A stretch of 64,000 bases of DNA, taken from Reclinomonas americana ATCC 50394 (lineage: Eukaryota). Under the pieces are notes generated by a model, which was not told the origin of the DNA, made no database searches, and saw only the letters and a program-made list of their open reading frames with translations. Location of the stretch: NCBI GenBank assembly GCA_048213135.1, contig PS015010.1:1-64000 (forward strand). Direction: 5' to 3'. Position numbers and translations under genes: made by a program. Numbering within the stretch: the first letter of the stretch is position 1; each line of letters begins with the position of its first letter. Below are positions 10,014 to 18,808 of this stretch, piece after piece.

Positions 10014-11573
10014 ATGCCTTGGAATCTTGAAATAAGAACAATTGATGTTGGGCAGGGAGAAAGTTCATTCATCCATGTTTATGACGATGATGGCGATGAA
10101 AGCAGGACGATGCTGATTGATGGAGGTCTCCAGGCCCAGGGGCTGCCGATAAATAAAGAATTGAATGATGTGATAGGGGATGGAACACCAGTTGACCATA
10201 TCCTCGTATCGCACTATGATATAGATCACAGCGGGGGTATCATGGCATTGCTGGGTGCCGATAACTATTCTTCCATTTGCCAGACAATCGCGATCGCTAC
10301 CAATGATTGCGCCAGCTTGTACACAGAAAGAAATAAGCGGGTAGCTGCCGGAACGGCTGCTGCCTGTGCAGTTTTCCTGGGTGCTTATAATTTACCCGGG
10401 GGCGGACAATATTTGTACATGGCCCGGCTTGCCGCCCAGTCTGCCGCAACCCTCACAGATAAGAATACAACTTTGGCGCAGGCAGCCCAGATCGGAATTG
10501 ATGAGGCTGAAAATATTGTAGATGGTGTGAACGACATGCTCATTCCCTATAGCTCTAAGAAGAAAAGGAGAGATGTTTCAAGAACAGCAGGATATGCAGC
10601 TGCTGCGGCATTAGCTACCACGAAGCCGGAATATGAAAAACTGGCCTCTATAGAGGAGGCAATATTTACCGACTTCAACACATTCGTCAAACCCAACTTT
10701 CGTTTCAATACCAACGGCCGTTTCAACACAACGAATGTGATTGACACAGGAACAACTGAAGGTGTACCTGAGGGATATGAACGTATTGTACGCGGGGAAG
10801 TGCTGATGAGTGGTAACAAATGGATCAAAGCACCTGACGTTACCCGGCAGAGAAGCACGCCAGCATTGGGGTCTGAGATATTATGGAATTCCGGTCCCCA
10901 GGCTAAGACCGCACCAGTCGGCTCCCCTATGATCTTTACAATGGCCCGGAATAAAAAAGTATGGAGCTGGACAGGAACACTCAGTCCGGCTATAGATAAC
11001 AACAATGATTGTTTCGCGGTCATGTTGCGGTTCAACAAATTTTTCTTCTATACAGGTGGCGATCTTATAGCAGAAGGAGAAGACGTTATCGCTGACAAAA
11101 TAAGAAGTGTTCAGCTGCCCAATCCCAATGGCGGCTCTTTCCCCATTGCCACAAGGATTGCTGCTTTCAAATGCGGGCACCATGGAGCCAATACCTGCAC
11201 CAGCCAGAAGTTTCTTGATAAAGCCATTCCAGCCGCAGCATTAATATCCTGCGGCAACAACAGTTACGGGCACCCGGCCCCTGGTGTGGTGGAACGCCTG
11301 CACAAGCTGAATAGTATGAGGTACTTCTACCTCACCGGCTGCCCAACCGAAACGGATTATATACCCGCCACCGCTCATCCGCCACAGAACCAGCTTGTAT
11401 TCGGTAACAAGTCAAGAGTAGCGGGGGGGATAGCCATACCTCCCGGAGACATTACCCTTACGATCAGTTCTGAAGAATCGGAAGCCGATGGATTTGATAG
11501 AGTATTCACCATGACCTATTATGATTACGACCTGCCGGTAGCTGCATACCGGATGGAGACGATAATATTTTAA
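10014..11573 (+). CDS. Stand-alone ComEC/Rec2-type metallo-beta-lactamase-fold hydrolase
   Basis: DVGQGE, LIDGG, SHYDIDHSGG, TGGD, KCGHHGA, ISCGNNSYGHP motifs; no TM competence domain, no signal peptide. Confidence 0.8.
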   Translation: MPWNLEIRTIDVGQGESSFIHVYDDDGDESRTMLIDGGLQAQGLPINKELNDVIGDGTPVDHILVSHYDIDHSGGIMALLGADNYSSICQTIAIATNDCASLYTERNKRVAAGTAAACAVFLGAYNLPGGGQYLYMARLAAQSAATLTDKNTTLAQAAQIGIDEAENIVDGVNDMLIPYSSKKKRRDVSRTAGYAAAAALATTKPEYEKLASIEEAIFTDFNTFVKPNFRFNTNGRFNTTNVIDTGTTEGVPEGYERIVRGEVLMSGNKWIKAPDVTRQRSTPALGSEILWNSGPQAKTAPVGSPMIFTMARNKKVWSWTGTLSPAIDNNNDCFAVMLRFNKFFFYTGGDLIAEGEDVIADKIRSVQLPNPNGGSFPIATRIAAFKCGHHGANTCTSQKFLDKAIPAAALISCGNNSYGHPAPGVVERLHKLNSMRYFYLTGCPTETDYIPATAHPPQNQLVFGNKSRVAGGIAIPPGDITLTISSEESEADGFDRVFTMTYYDYDLPVAAYRMETIIF

Positions 11574-11583
11574 AACGACACTC

Positions 11584-14500
11584 ATGATCGACCTGCAAAC
11601 CCTGTACAATTATCTCGTGTCGAAAGGATCGCCACTGGAATTGAAGTCTGACGATACATCGCTGCAGAAACAGTTCCAGGATTTCATCGGCACTATGCCC
11701 GACAAAAAGATCAGTGTTGTACCAGGTACAAACGGCATCACCCTTAAGGATAAACTGCTCACTATATCAGGCACTACCGGTGATAAATGGAAAATACAGG
11801 GGTTAAAAGATATAACCGTGCCGCTTACTTCCCTGCTCATCACCATCGATAATGGCAGCGGGGAATCTGAGATCAAAGGCAGTACCAGCGGGGAAATGCA
11901 GTTTGCTCCCGCTGTTAAAGCGAAAGTGATTATCGGGTCAGTAAAAGAAAAAGATAATCCATGGGAAGTAAAGCTGGATGAGAATGTAACTAATGTAACG
12001 CCTTTGCAGGTATTGCTGATGGGAAGCCGTGCTGGCCGTCTGCCATTCAACATTCCGGAAGGAATGGATTTCCTGAGTAAAGCACTTACGCTGGACAGGC
12101 AATCCTACAATATTCTTTTCTACCCCAATACTGATGCGGAGTCGGACACCACTTTCACATTGAATGTACCCGCAGCCAAATGGACGCCGGTGCCCGATAT
12201 TTTCTCATTCGAGAGTCTTGACCTGCTTGCGAATATGCGTACTAACTCTACAGGTATTGTATTACGCGGGCGGATCAAAGTAGGTTCAACGGGTATAGAT
12301 ACCGGTATAGGAATGACTGCAAGCCGCAACTGGACTGTATTCACCAAACCAACGCCTCCGGCTGAGGCATTTCCCGGCCTGGCTGCTCTCGCCAAATGGA
12401 TCGGGGGCGTTGCCCTTGATGAATCTGTGAATAAAGGATTTGCCGATACCAAACTGAGCTCAGGCGGTTTCGACCTGGCCATCTCCGGGGTTACCGCCAG
12501 CATCGATATAAAAAAATTCAAACTCAACAACCTCACCATTGGCAGCATACTTACACTGGGAGCTCTCCGGCTTGATGTGGTGCTCTCTCTTCCGGATATC
12601 GCGATCAACGGTTCAATGCATGGAAATGAGCCGCTGAAAGTAACGGATTTCCTTACCTCGCTGTCATTGCCAACAGCAACCGTTCCGGCAGACCTGGCCA
12701 TTTCAAAAGCCTCTTTTTCTGCACAGCTGAAACAATCCACCTATTCGGCTGCGCTTACTGTTGAAAACATCTGGGCTGCAGGCCCCCTCACTTTCAAGAG
12801 CATCAGTCTTTCAATGAACTATGTTCCTGAACCCGGGCTCACCGGTACTTTCGGGGCAGAGTTTCTTATCAGCAAAGCACGGATCAACCTGCTGGCAGAT
12901 TATGGAGGTACGGAAGCCGGCTGGGTATTTAGCGGCGGTCTTGATCCGGAAACACCATTGAAAGTAGGGGAAGTGATCGAAATGTTAGCCAAAGACTTCG
13001 GCATCAGTACGGTGCCGGAACCCATACGTTCGCTGGAGGTCACTGACCTGTATGTATCCTATGAATCTGCCACCAAAAATTTCGAATTCAGGTGCGCCGG
13101 TGATTTCATGGTGGATGATAAAACGGTGAAAATGGAAGTGGTGATCAAAGTGAACAAGGGTGACAACAGCGGGCCGGCGAAAGAAGGAGAGATCAAAGGT
13201 ACTAAAGGCTATAATGCGTTCTTCAGCGGAACTGTCACCATCAACAAACTGGTGTTTGATGTAGTATTTGATACATCTGGCCCCTCACAGAATGTATTCA
13301 TCGCGGCCTATCACAATACGGAAGCCGGTAAAACACCATTGAAAGAACTGGTAGCATCTGTTTCCACTACTTTGGCCCAGCCCATACCCTCAAGTCTTGT
13401 CATCGACCTCAAGGAAGTGAAGTTCATTTACCTGAAACAAAAGGAAGAAAAGCAATTCGCGTTCGGGCTCGATCTTAAAGTAGCACTCAGTCTTTCTGAC
13501 CTGCCGGTGATCGGAAAAAAACTGCCCGATGGTCTTACCGCGAAGATCGACGACCTGCAGGTACTGTACGCGTCAAAAGAATTTACAAAAGAACAGGTGA
13601 AGATCATCAATCCGTTATTACCAAAAGACATCATTAAGCTGAATGATGAAGGATTGAATAAAGGCGTACTCATTGCGGGTGAACTGGTAGTGGCCAGTTA
13701 TAAAATACCTATCGGCACCAACAGTAAAAAACCGGCGCCGAAAACCGTTGCAACGGAATCCTTCACAGGTAAACTGGAAGCAACCGCCAACCCGGATGAT
13801 CCATCACCCATCACCTGGTTCAATGTTGATAAACAACTCGGGCCCTTCAAATTCAACCGCATTGGCGTGGAATACCAGGACAATGTATTGTCCTTCGCAC
13901 TCGATGCCGTATTGTCCATGGGGCCTGCCTCACTGGGCATGCAGGGCCTGAGTATGGGCAGTTCATTGTCGAAATTCTCGCCGGTATTTGGTCTCGATGG
14001 ATTCTCACTGGATATCAACACCGGCGGTCTTGAAGTAGGCGGCGCTTTCCAGAAAGCTAAAACGAATGATGGGGCTACGGCTTATTACGGAATGGTCATC
14101 ATCAAGTTTGGCAATTTTGGTATCAAAGCATTGGGTGGCGATGTGCCCGCACACGAAGCCGTTGATCCGGACGATCCCAAGAAAAAAATAAAAGTGCCTG
14201 CATCATTTTTTATATACGCTAATGTACAGGCTCCGCTCGGCGGACCGCCCTTCCTTTACCTGAATGGTTTTGCGGGCGGCTTCGGCATCAACAACCTCCT
14301 CAAACTGCCTACACTGGAAGATCTGCCGGGTTATATTTTATTACCCGGACCGGGCTCCAAAGCACCTGCTGGAGGTAAAACACCCGAGGATACCATTGCT
14401 TCCGTATTGCCTAAAATGCAGAAGTACTTCCTGCCTAAACCGGGCCAGCACTGGATGGCAGCGGGTATCGCTTTTTCTTCCTTCCAGATGATCAATGCCT

Positions 14501-16203
14501 TTGCGCTGGTGACCGTTTCTTTTGGTGTCGACTTCCAGGTGGCATTGCTCGGCAGTGCATCAATGAATTTTCCAACCGGAGCGCCTAAACCGATCGCTTA
14601 TATAGAGATCGACATCATGGCATCTTACTCCACATCATCAGGTTTGTTTGCTGTGGAAGGTATTGTATCGCCTGCTTCTTACATCTTCGGCGATTTCTGC
14701 AAGATCACCGGCGGTTTCGCTTTCTATATCTGGATCAACCCACCGGCAAAAGAAGGAGGTCCCAAGCCCGGCGATTTTGTGGTCACACTCGGCGGTTATC
14801 ACCCGGCCTTTGTACCACCGTATTATTATCCCAAAGTGCCGAGGCTGGGTATCAATTTCTCACTCGGACCTTTCCATGTAACCGGCGGTTGTTATTTCGC
14901 ATTAACGCCTGGTATGTTCATGGCCGGCGCTTCCATGAAAGCGGTATGGGATGTGGAGATCGTAAAAGCATGGTTCATTGTGGGTGCCGACTTCCTCATT
15001 GCCTGGGCACCGTTCCATTACGAAGCGGGTGTGTATGTAAGTCTGGGTTGCTCTGTTAACCTGGGGCTGTTCACACTGAACGTTTCCGTGGGCGCCGATC
15101 TGTACCTGTGGGGACCGCCATTCGGAGGCCGTGCCGATGTTGATCTTGATGTGATCTCTTTCACCATTCATTTCGGTTCGAAAGAACAGGAACCAGAAGC
15201 CATCAACTGGAAAGAGTTCAGGGAAAAATTCCTGCCTGCGGATTCTAAAAAACCGCAACCCGCACCGCACCTGCTGGCGGCCATGGCAGCTACATTAAAA
15301 AGCGGTGATGATACGGAAACCAACGTGCTGAAATCTACGGTGTCTGCGGGTTTGAACGGTACCGAAGTAGCGGGCTTCAACTGGATACTCGATCCGGATC
15401 ATTTTATCATACAGGTGAGCACCAACATACCGGTCAATAACCCCTTGTGGAGAACAGGCGCCGGTAAAGAGGAGGAGAAGAAGATCACCAACGTTTTGAA
15501 AGACTATAACAAAGAACCCGTTCCCACTCAGCCGGCTGACTGGCCTTACCAGGTCTATAAAGGAAAAGGGTTCAGCGATAAGGAAGTATGGAATCCGATA
15601 GTGAATGTGAAACCGATGAAAGTGAATGAAGCTACCTCCACGCTGAAGATCGTACTGATGAAAGCCAATGAGCAGGGGCAATACGACAGTTATGTAACCG
15701 CGGTAACGGTAGAACCTGTAGTGCAGAACGCGGTGGCGGCATTGTGGTCAACATCCACAGATAATAAACCTGCTGTTAATGATCCCGCCTACCAGAAATC
15801 AAGCCTGATCGGGTTTAAGGTAAAACCATTACCCAGGATACCCAACATGGTATACGGCGTAAGGCTCATCATGTTGCTGTACCAGCAGGGCAATATTTAT
15901 TACTTCAACTACCAGCAGGCGCAGGTTGACAAACGGTATAAAGTTGATCCGAAAGGACGTAACACGAAAAAATATACCATTGATGTAAGTGGCGAACATA
16001 CAGCCAAACTGGAGAATGAGAATTATGTACTGAAATCACTTGTTGATCCCTGGGTGGCATCACAACGGTCAGGCATACTTGCTAACCTGAAAGCCTGCGG
16101 ATTTTCCACTTATGAAGAAGTAAACCTGAAAACATTTGCCAAAGACACCGCACTAACAGACTGGCCTGCCGCTATGTTGCTGGGTGATTCGTTACCATCT
16201 TAA
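11584..16203 (+). CDS. Large beta-strand-rich protein, DUF6603-like C-terminal half
   Basis: 1539 aa; segments WFNVDKQLGP, LGGPPFLYLNGFAGGFGIN, HWMAAGI, GDFVVTLGGYHP, YFALTP, ADLYLWGPPFGG recalled as the DUF6603 signature; no signal peptide. Confidence 0.7.
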   Translation: MIDLQTLYNYLVSKGSPLELKSDDTSLQKQFQDFIGTMPDKKISVVPGTNGITLKDKLLTISGTTGDKWKIQGLKDITVPLTSLLITIDNGSGESEIKGSTSGEMQFAPAVKAKVIIGSVKEKDNPWEVKLDENVTNVTPLQVLLMGSRAGRLPFNIPEGMDFLSKALTLDRQSYNILFYPNTDAESDTTFTLNVPAAKWTPVPDIFSFESLDLLANMRTNSTGIVLRGRIKVGSTGIDTGIGMTASRNWTVFTKPTPPAEAFPGLAALAKWIGGVALDESVNKGFADTKLSSGGFDLAISGVTASIDIKKFKLNNLTIGSILTLGALRLDVVLSLPDIAINGSMHGNEPLKVTDFLTSLSLPTATVPADLAISKASFSAQLKQSTYSAALTVENIWAAGPLTFKSISLSMNYVPEPGLTGTFGAEFLISKARINLLADYGGTEAGWVFSGGLDPETPLKVGEVIEMLAKDFGISTVPEPIRSLEVTDLYVSYESATKNFEFRCAGDFMVDDKTVKMEVVIKVNKGDNSGPAKEGEIKGTKGYNAFFSGTVTINKLVFDVVFDTSGPSQNVFIAAYHNTEAGKTPLKELVASVSTTLAQPIPSSLVIDLKEVKFIYLKQKEEKQFAFGLDLKVALSLSDLPVIGKKLPDGLTAKIDDLQVLYASKEFTKEQVKIINPLLPKDIIKLNDEGLNKGVLIAGELVVASYKIPIGTNSKKPAPKTVATESFTGKLEATANPDDPSPITWFNVDKQLGPFKFNRIGVEYQDNVLSFALDAVLSMGPASLGMQGLSMGSSLSKFSPVFGLDGFSLDINTGGLEVGGAFQKAKTNDGATAYYGMVIIKFGNFGIKALGGDVPAHEAVDPDDPKKKIKVPASFFIYANVQAPLGGPPFLYLNGFAGGFGINNLLKLPTLEDLPGYILLPGPGSKAPAGGKTPEDTIASVLPKMQKYFLPKPGQHWMAAGIAFSSFQMINAFALVTVSFGVDFQVALLGSASMNFPTGAPKPIAYIEIDIMASYSTSSGLFAVEGIVSPASYIFGDFCKITGGFAFYIWINPPAKEGGPKPGDFVVTLGGYHPAFVPPYYYPKVPRLGINFSLGPFHVTGGCYFALTPGMFMAGASMKAVWDVEIVKAWFIVGADFLIAWAPFHYEAGVYVSLGCSVNLGLFTLNVSVGADLYLWGPPFGGRADVDLDVISFTIHFGSKEQEPEAINWKEFREKFLPADSKKPQPAPHLLAAMAATLKSGDDTETNVLKSTVSAGLNGTEVAGFNWILDPDHFIIQVSTNIPVNNPLWRTGAGKEEEKKITNVLKDYNKEPVPTQPADWPYQVYKGKGFSDKEVWNPIVNVKPMKVNEATSTLKIVLMKANEQGQYDSYVTAVTVEPVVQNAVAALWSTSTDNKPAVNDPAYQKSSLIGFKVKPLPRIPNMVYGVRLIMLLYQQGNIYYFNYQQAQVDKRYKVDPKGRNTKKYTIDVSGEHTAKLENENYVLKSLVDPWVASQRSGILANLKACGFSTYEEVNLKTFAKDTALTDWPAAMLLGDSLPS

Positions 16204-16213
16204 CACATTTACC

Positions 16214-17860
16214 ATGAGCGATAATTCAAATAATCCTGAACTCAACCAACTGGTATCCTTCATACAGCATGACCTTCCCGGTCTTAACAGCGGGCAGTAC
16301 CAGTTACAGGTATCACAGGAGATCAGGAAAAAAGATAAAGTGGTGTCGGACGATCCGCTGCAAACCGATTATCGTTTCTCCGTTACCGGTGATCGTTTCC
16401 GTATCGTAAAGCCCGATGAGCTGATCTATTCCACTTTTCCGGCCGGCGGCGATACAGGATTATACAATACCGTATTTCCTTCCGTAGTATTTACCAAAAC
16501 CAGTTTTCCCTGGAGCCGTTATCCCACCAATACGCTCAACGAAGCCTATACGCCACCTGCTCCCGGCGAGGATGTAGATGGTGATGTAAGCACCTGGCTT
16601 ACGATCATTACGCTTGATGAAGATGATATCAAAGCTTATGCGGACGGCTTCAAAGATTTTAAACTGGAAACAGCAACAGCCACCATGGGCGACCTGTTCA
16701 GTAAAAAAGTGAATGATAAAAGTACACTCGGTGACAATTATTCCTATTTCTTTAAAGTAGATGAAAAGGATCACAAGCCGTTGCAGGATTATATGGACCC
16801 GGGCGACAAGATCGATGACGGCATTGATGTAGTGGATATCCCGCTGCCGCTTTTCTGGAAGATAGCACCTACACTCGCCGATCTTAAAGTGATGGCGCAT
16901 ATCCGTAAAGTGAGCCTCATCAACAAGCCAACCATGGCCGGTATTTCTGATGTAGGTGAACCTGAAGGCAGCTTCTCCATTGTTTTTGGCAATCGTTTGC
17001 CCAATCCCGGTAAAAAGAATTTTGCCTACCTCGTTTCGCTTGAACAGATGCAGGATTTTTTACCAACCAATGAAGAAGGGGGCGAACCTGTAAATAAGGA
17101 TGGCTTTAAACCGGATAAAACGAAAGTCCTTCGTCTTGCAGTATTGAAGAGCTGGACATTTTATTCGGTAGGGGAAAGTGCCACATTCGTGAATACGCTT
17201 AACAAGCTGAACAACGCAGCACCTCCAATCAATGATAAAGTGAATGAAGACCTGAAAGCCAATACCAACCTGCGCCTGGTGGCAGCGGACAATGCATTGC
17301 CCATTGTAAAAAACGCGTTGCAGATGGGATACATCCCGCTGAATCATGACCTGCGGATCGCTGAACAGGATGGAAATGTTATTAAAAGAGATAAAACCGT
17401 TTCCTGGTACCGCGGACCGATGGTGCCTTACGCGATTGATAAACCAGCTGTAACACTCCCGGTGTCATCACCTGACCAGGCTACTATTTTCGATCCTACT
17501 ACGGGCATGTTCGATGTGTCGTATTCCACCGCCTGGACACTGGGCCGGCAAATGGCTTTGCAGGATACCGGGTTTTCTACAGCCCTGTACAACTGGAAAA
17601 AAGGATTGACGCAGGAAGTGATCAATAAAGCGGAAACACAATTGCTTGAGCAGAGTCTCAACAGTCTTTTTGTTTCTGTCAATGCACAGGCCGCGAAATT
17701 ACAACGTGCCGGCAGGGCAGCTGTTGCCAAAGGTGACGAGGAAGTCATGCTGCGTATGGATGGTGAGGAACAGCAACCGGATGATGTACAGTTACCCGGC
17801 AATCTTTTACTGAAAACTATTTTATCACTGGCGGCCGGATCACAGGCGTCTAAAAAATAA
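16214..17860 (+). CDS. Conserved hypothetical protein of DUF6603-type clusters (N-terminal part)
   Basis: Likely ATG start at 16214; motifs FPWSR, AHIRKV, FSIVFGNRLP, LVSLE, SWYRGPMVP, DVSYSTAWTLGR. Confidence 0.7.
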   Translation: MSDNSNNPELNQLVSFIQHDLPGLNSGQYQLQVSQEIRKKDKVVSDDPLQTDYRFSVTGDRFRIVKPDELIYSTFPAGGDTGLYNTVFPSVVFTKTSFPWSRYPTNTLNEAYTPPAPGEDVDGDVSTWLTIITLDEDDIKAYADGFKDFKLETATATMGDLFSKKVNDKSTLGDNYSYFFKVDEKDHKPLQDYMDPGDKIDDGIDVVDIPLPLFWKIAPTLADLKVMAHIRKVSLINKPTMAGISDVGEPEGSFSIVFGNRLPNPGKKNFAYLVSLEQMQDFLPTNEEGGEPVNKDGFKPDKTKVLRLAVLKSWTFYSVGESATFVNTLNKLNNAAPPINDKVNEDLKANTNLRLVAADNALPIVKNALQMGYIPLNHDLRIAEQDGNVIKRDKTVSWYRGPMVPYAIDKPAVTLPVSSPDQATIFDPTTGMFDVSYSTAWTLGRQMALQDTGFSTALYNWKKGLTQEVINKAETQLLEQSLNSLFVSVNAQAAKLQRAGRAAVAKGDEEVMLRMDGEEQQPDDVQLPGNLLLKTILSLAAGSQASKK

Positions 17861-17863
17861 GTC

Positions 17864-18808
17864 ATGTTATCAAGATCAAATGTCCAGCATCACCTCAGCA
17901 GCCTGTTCAGCAATACCGCAGCGCTTTCCGGCTACGTGGAACAATCGGCAGAGTTGCCCGATACAGTGAAGGATTGGATGGGGCGATTAAAACTGCTGTA
18001 TGGCGTGCCCATCAATTACCTGGTGCCTGATGAAGGTATGCTGCCACCGGAATCGATCCGTTTCTTCCATATCGACTCCAACTGGATCGACGCCCTGCTC
18101 GACGGAGCTTTCAGCATTGGACGGAACCTTGCGGTATCGCAGACCACGCTGAGTTTTTCTATGGACAAGGCCTCCTCGCCATTCATGAATACACAGGCCG
18201 GGCAGTCTTCTGCAATGATAAGAGCCAAAGCGCTGGGCGTAGCAGCACCACAGGTGTCATTTAAAACCATCACCGGTTTTTTATTACGCTCCCGCCTGGT
18301 GGAAACGGAAAAAGGAATGGGCGTGAATCCTTATCCCGTTAACGGCACACCAACTGATCCCGAACCGCGGCTGCTCAATATCCTGCGCATGGAAAGACTG
18401 GGAGCGGATTCGGATACCCTGTTCTGCCTTATTGAAGGTGATGCTTACCGCATAGACATTCACCAGGCGCCAGAAGCGCTGCACTATGGCGTTGACAGTT
18501 TCGAGATCAAAGACAATAAAGTGACCAGCACCAAAAAAATATACACGTTCACCAAGGAAGGATCGGACCCTAAAAGACCAGTGGTGGTAATGGATATGAA
18601 AAACCCGGTACGCATTGACCTTGTTGATAAAAAATGTTTCCGCAGTATGGACCAGGACCCGAGGACCATCAAAATGCAAACACTCGCCAAAGTAATCGGC
18701 GACAGCCAGAAACAAGAACCCAAAAAACCACTCGACGCGTCGGAGATGGGATTTGAAATGGTGGAAGGCGTGGGACAGGTAAGTTTTTATAAAAAAATTG
18801 CTAAGTAA
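17864..18808 (+). CDS. Conserved hypothetical protein, in frame with upstream ORF (separated by one TAA)
   Basis: Motif LLYGVPINYLVPD..LPPESIRFFHID.NWIDALLDGA.SIG, GFLLRS; 3 nt after previous stop, same frame. Confidence 0.7.
   Translation: MLSRSNVQHHLSSLFSNTAALSGYVEQSAELPDTVKDWMGRLKLLYGVPINYLVPDEGMLPPESIRFFHIDSNWIDALLDGAFSIGRNLAVSQTTLSFSMDKASSPFMNTQAGQSSAMIRAKALGVAAPQVSFKTITGFLLRSRLVETEKGMGVNPYPVNGTPTDPEPRLLNILRMERLGADSDTLFCLIEGDAYRIDIHQAPEALHYGVDSFEIKDNKVTSTKKIYTFTKEGSDPKRPVVVMDMKNPVRIDLVDKKCFRSMDQDPRTIKMQTLAKVIGDSQKQEPKKPLDASEMGFEMVEGVGQVSFYKKIAK

Noticed and set aside
9722-10072. 116-aa minus-strand ORF upstream of the cluster
   Set aside because: Overlaps the MBL start, has no motifs and has atypical composition
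10014-11573. Calling this gene comEC (competence)
   Set aside because: Only the MBL domain is present; the multi-TM competence domain is missing
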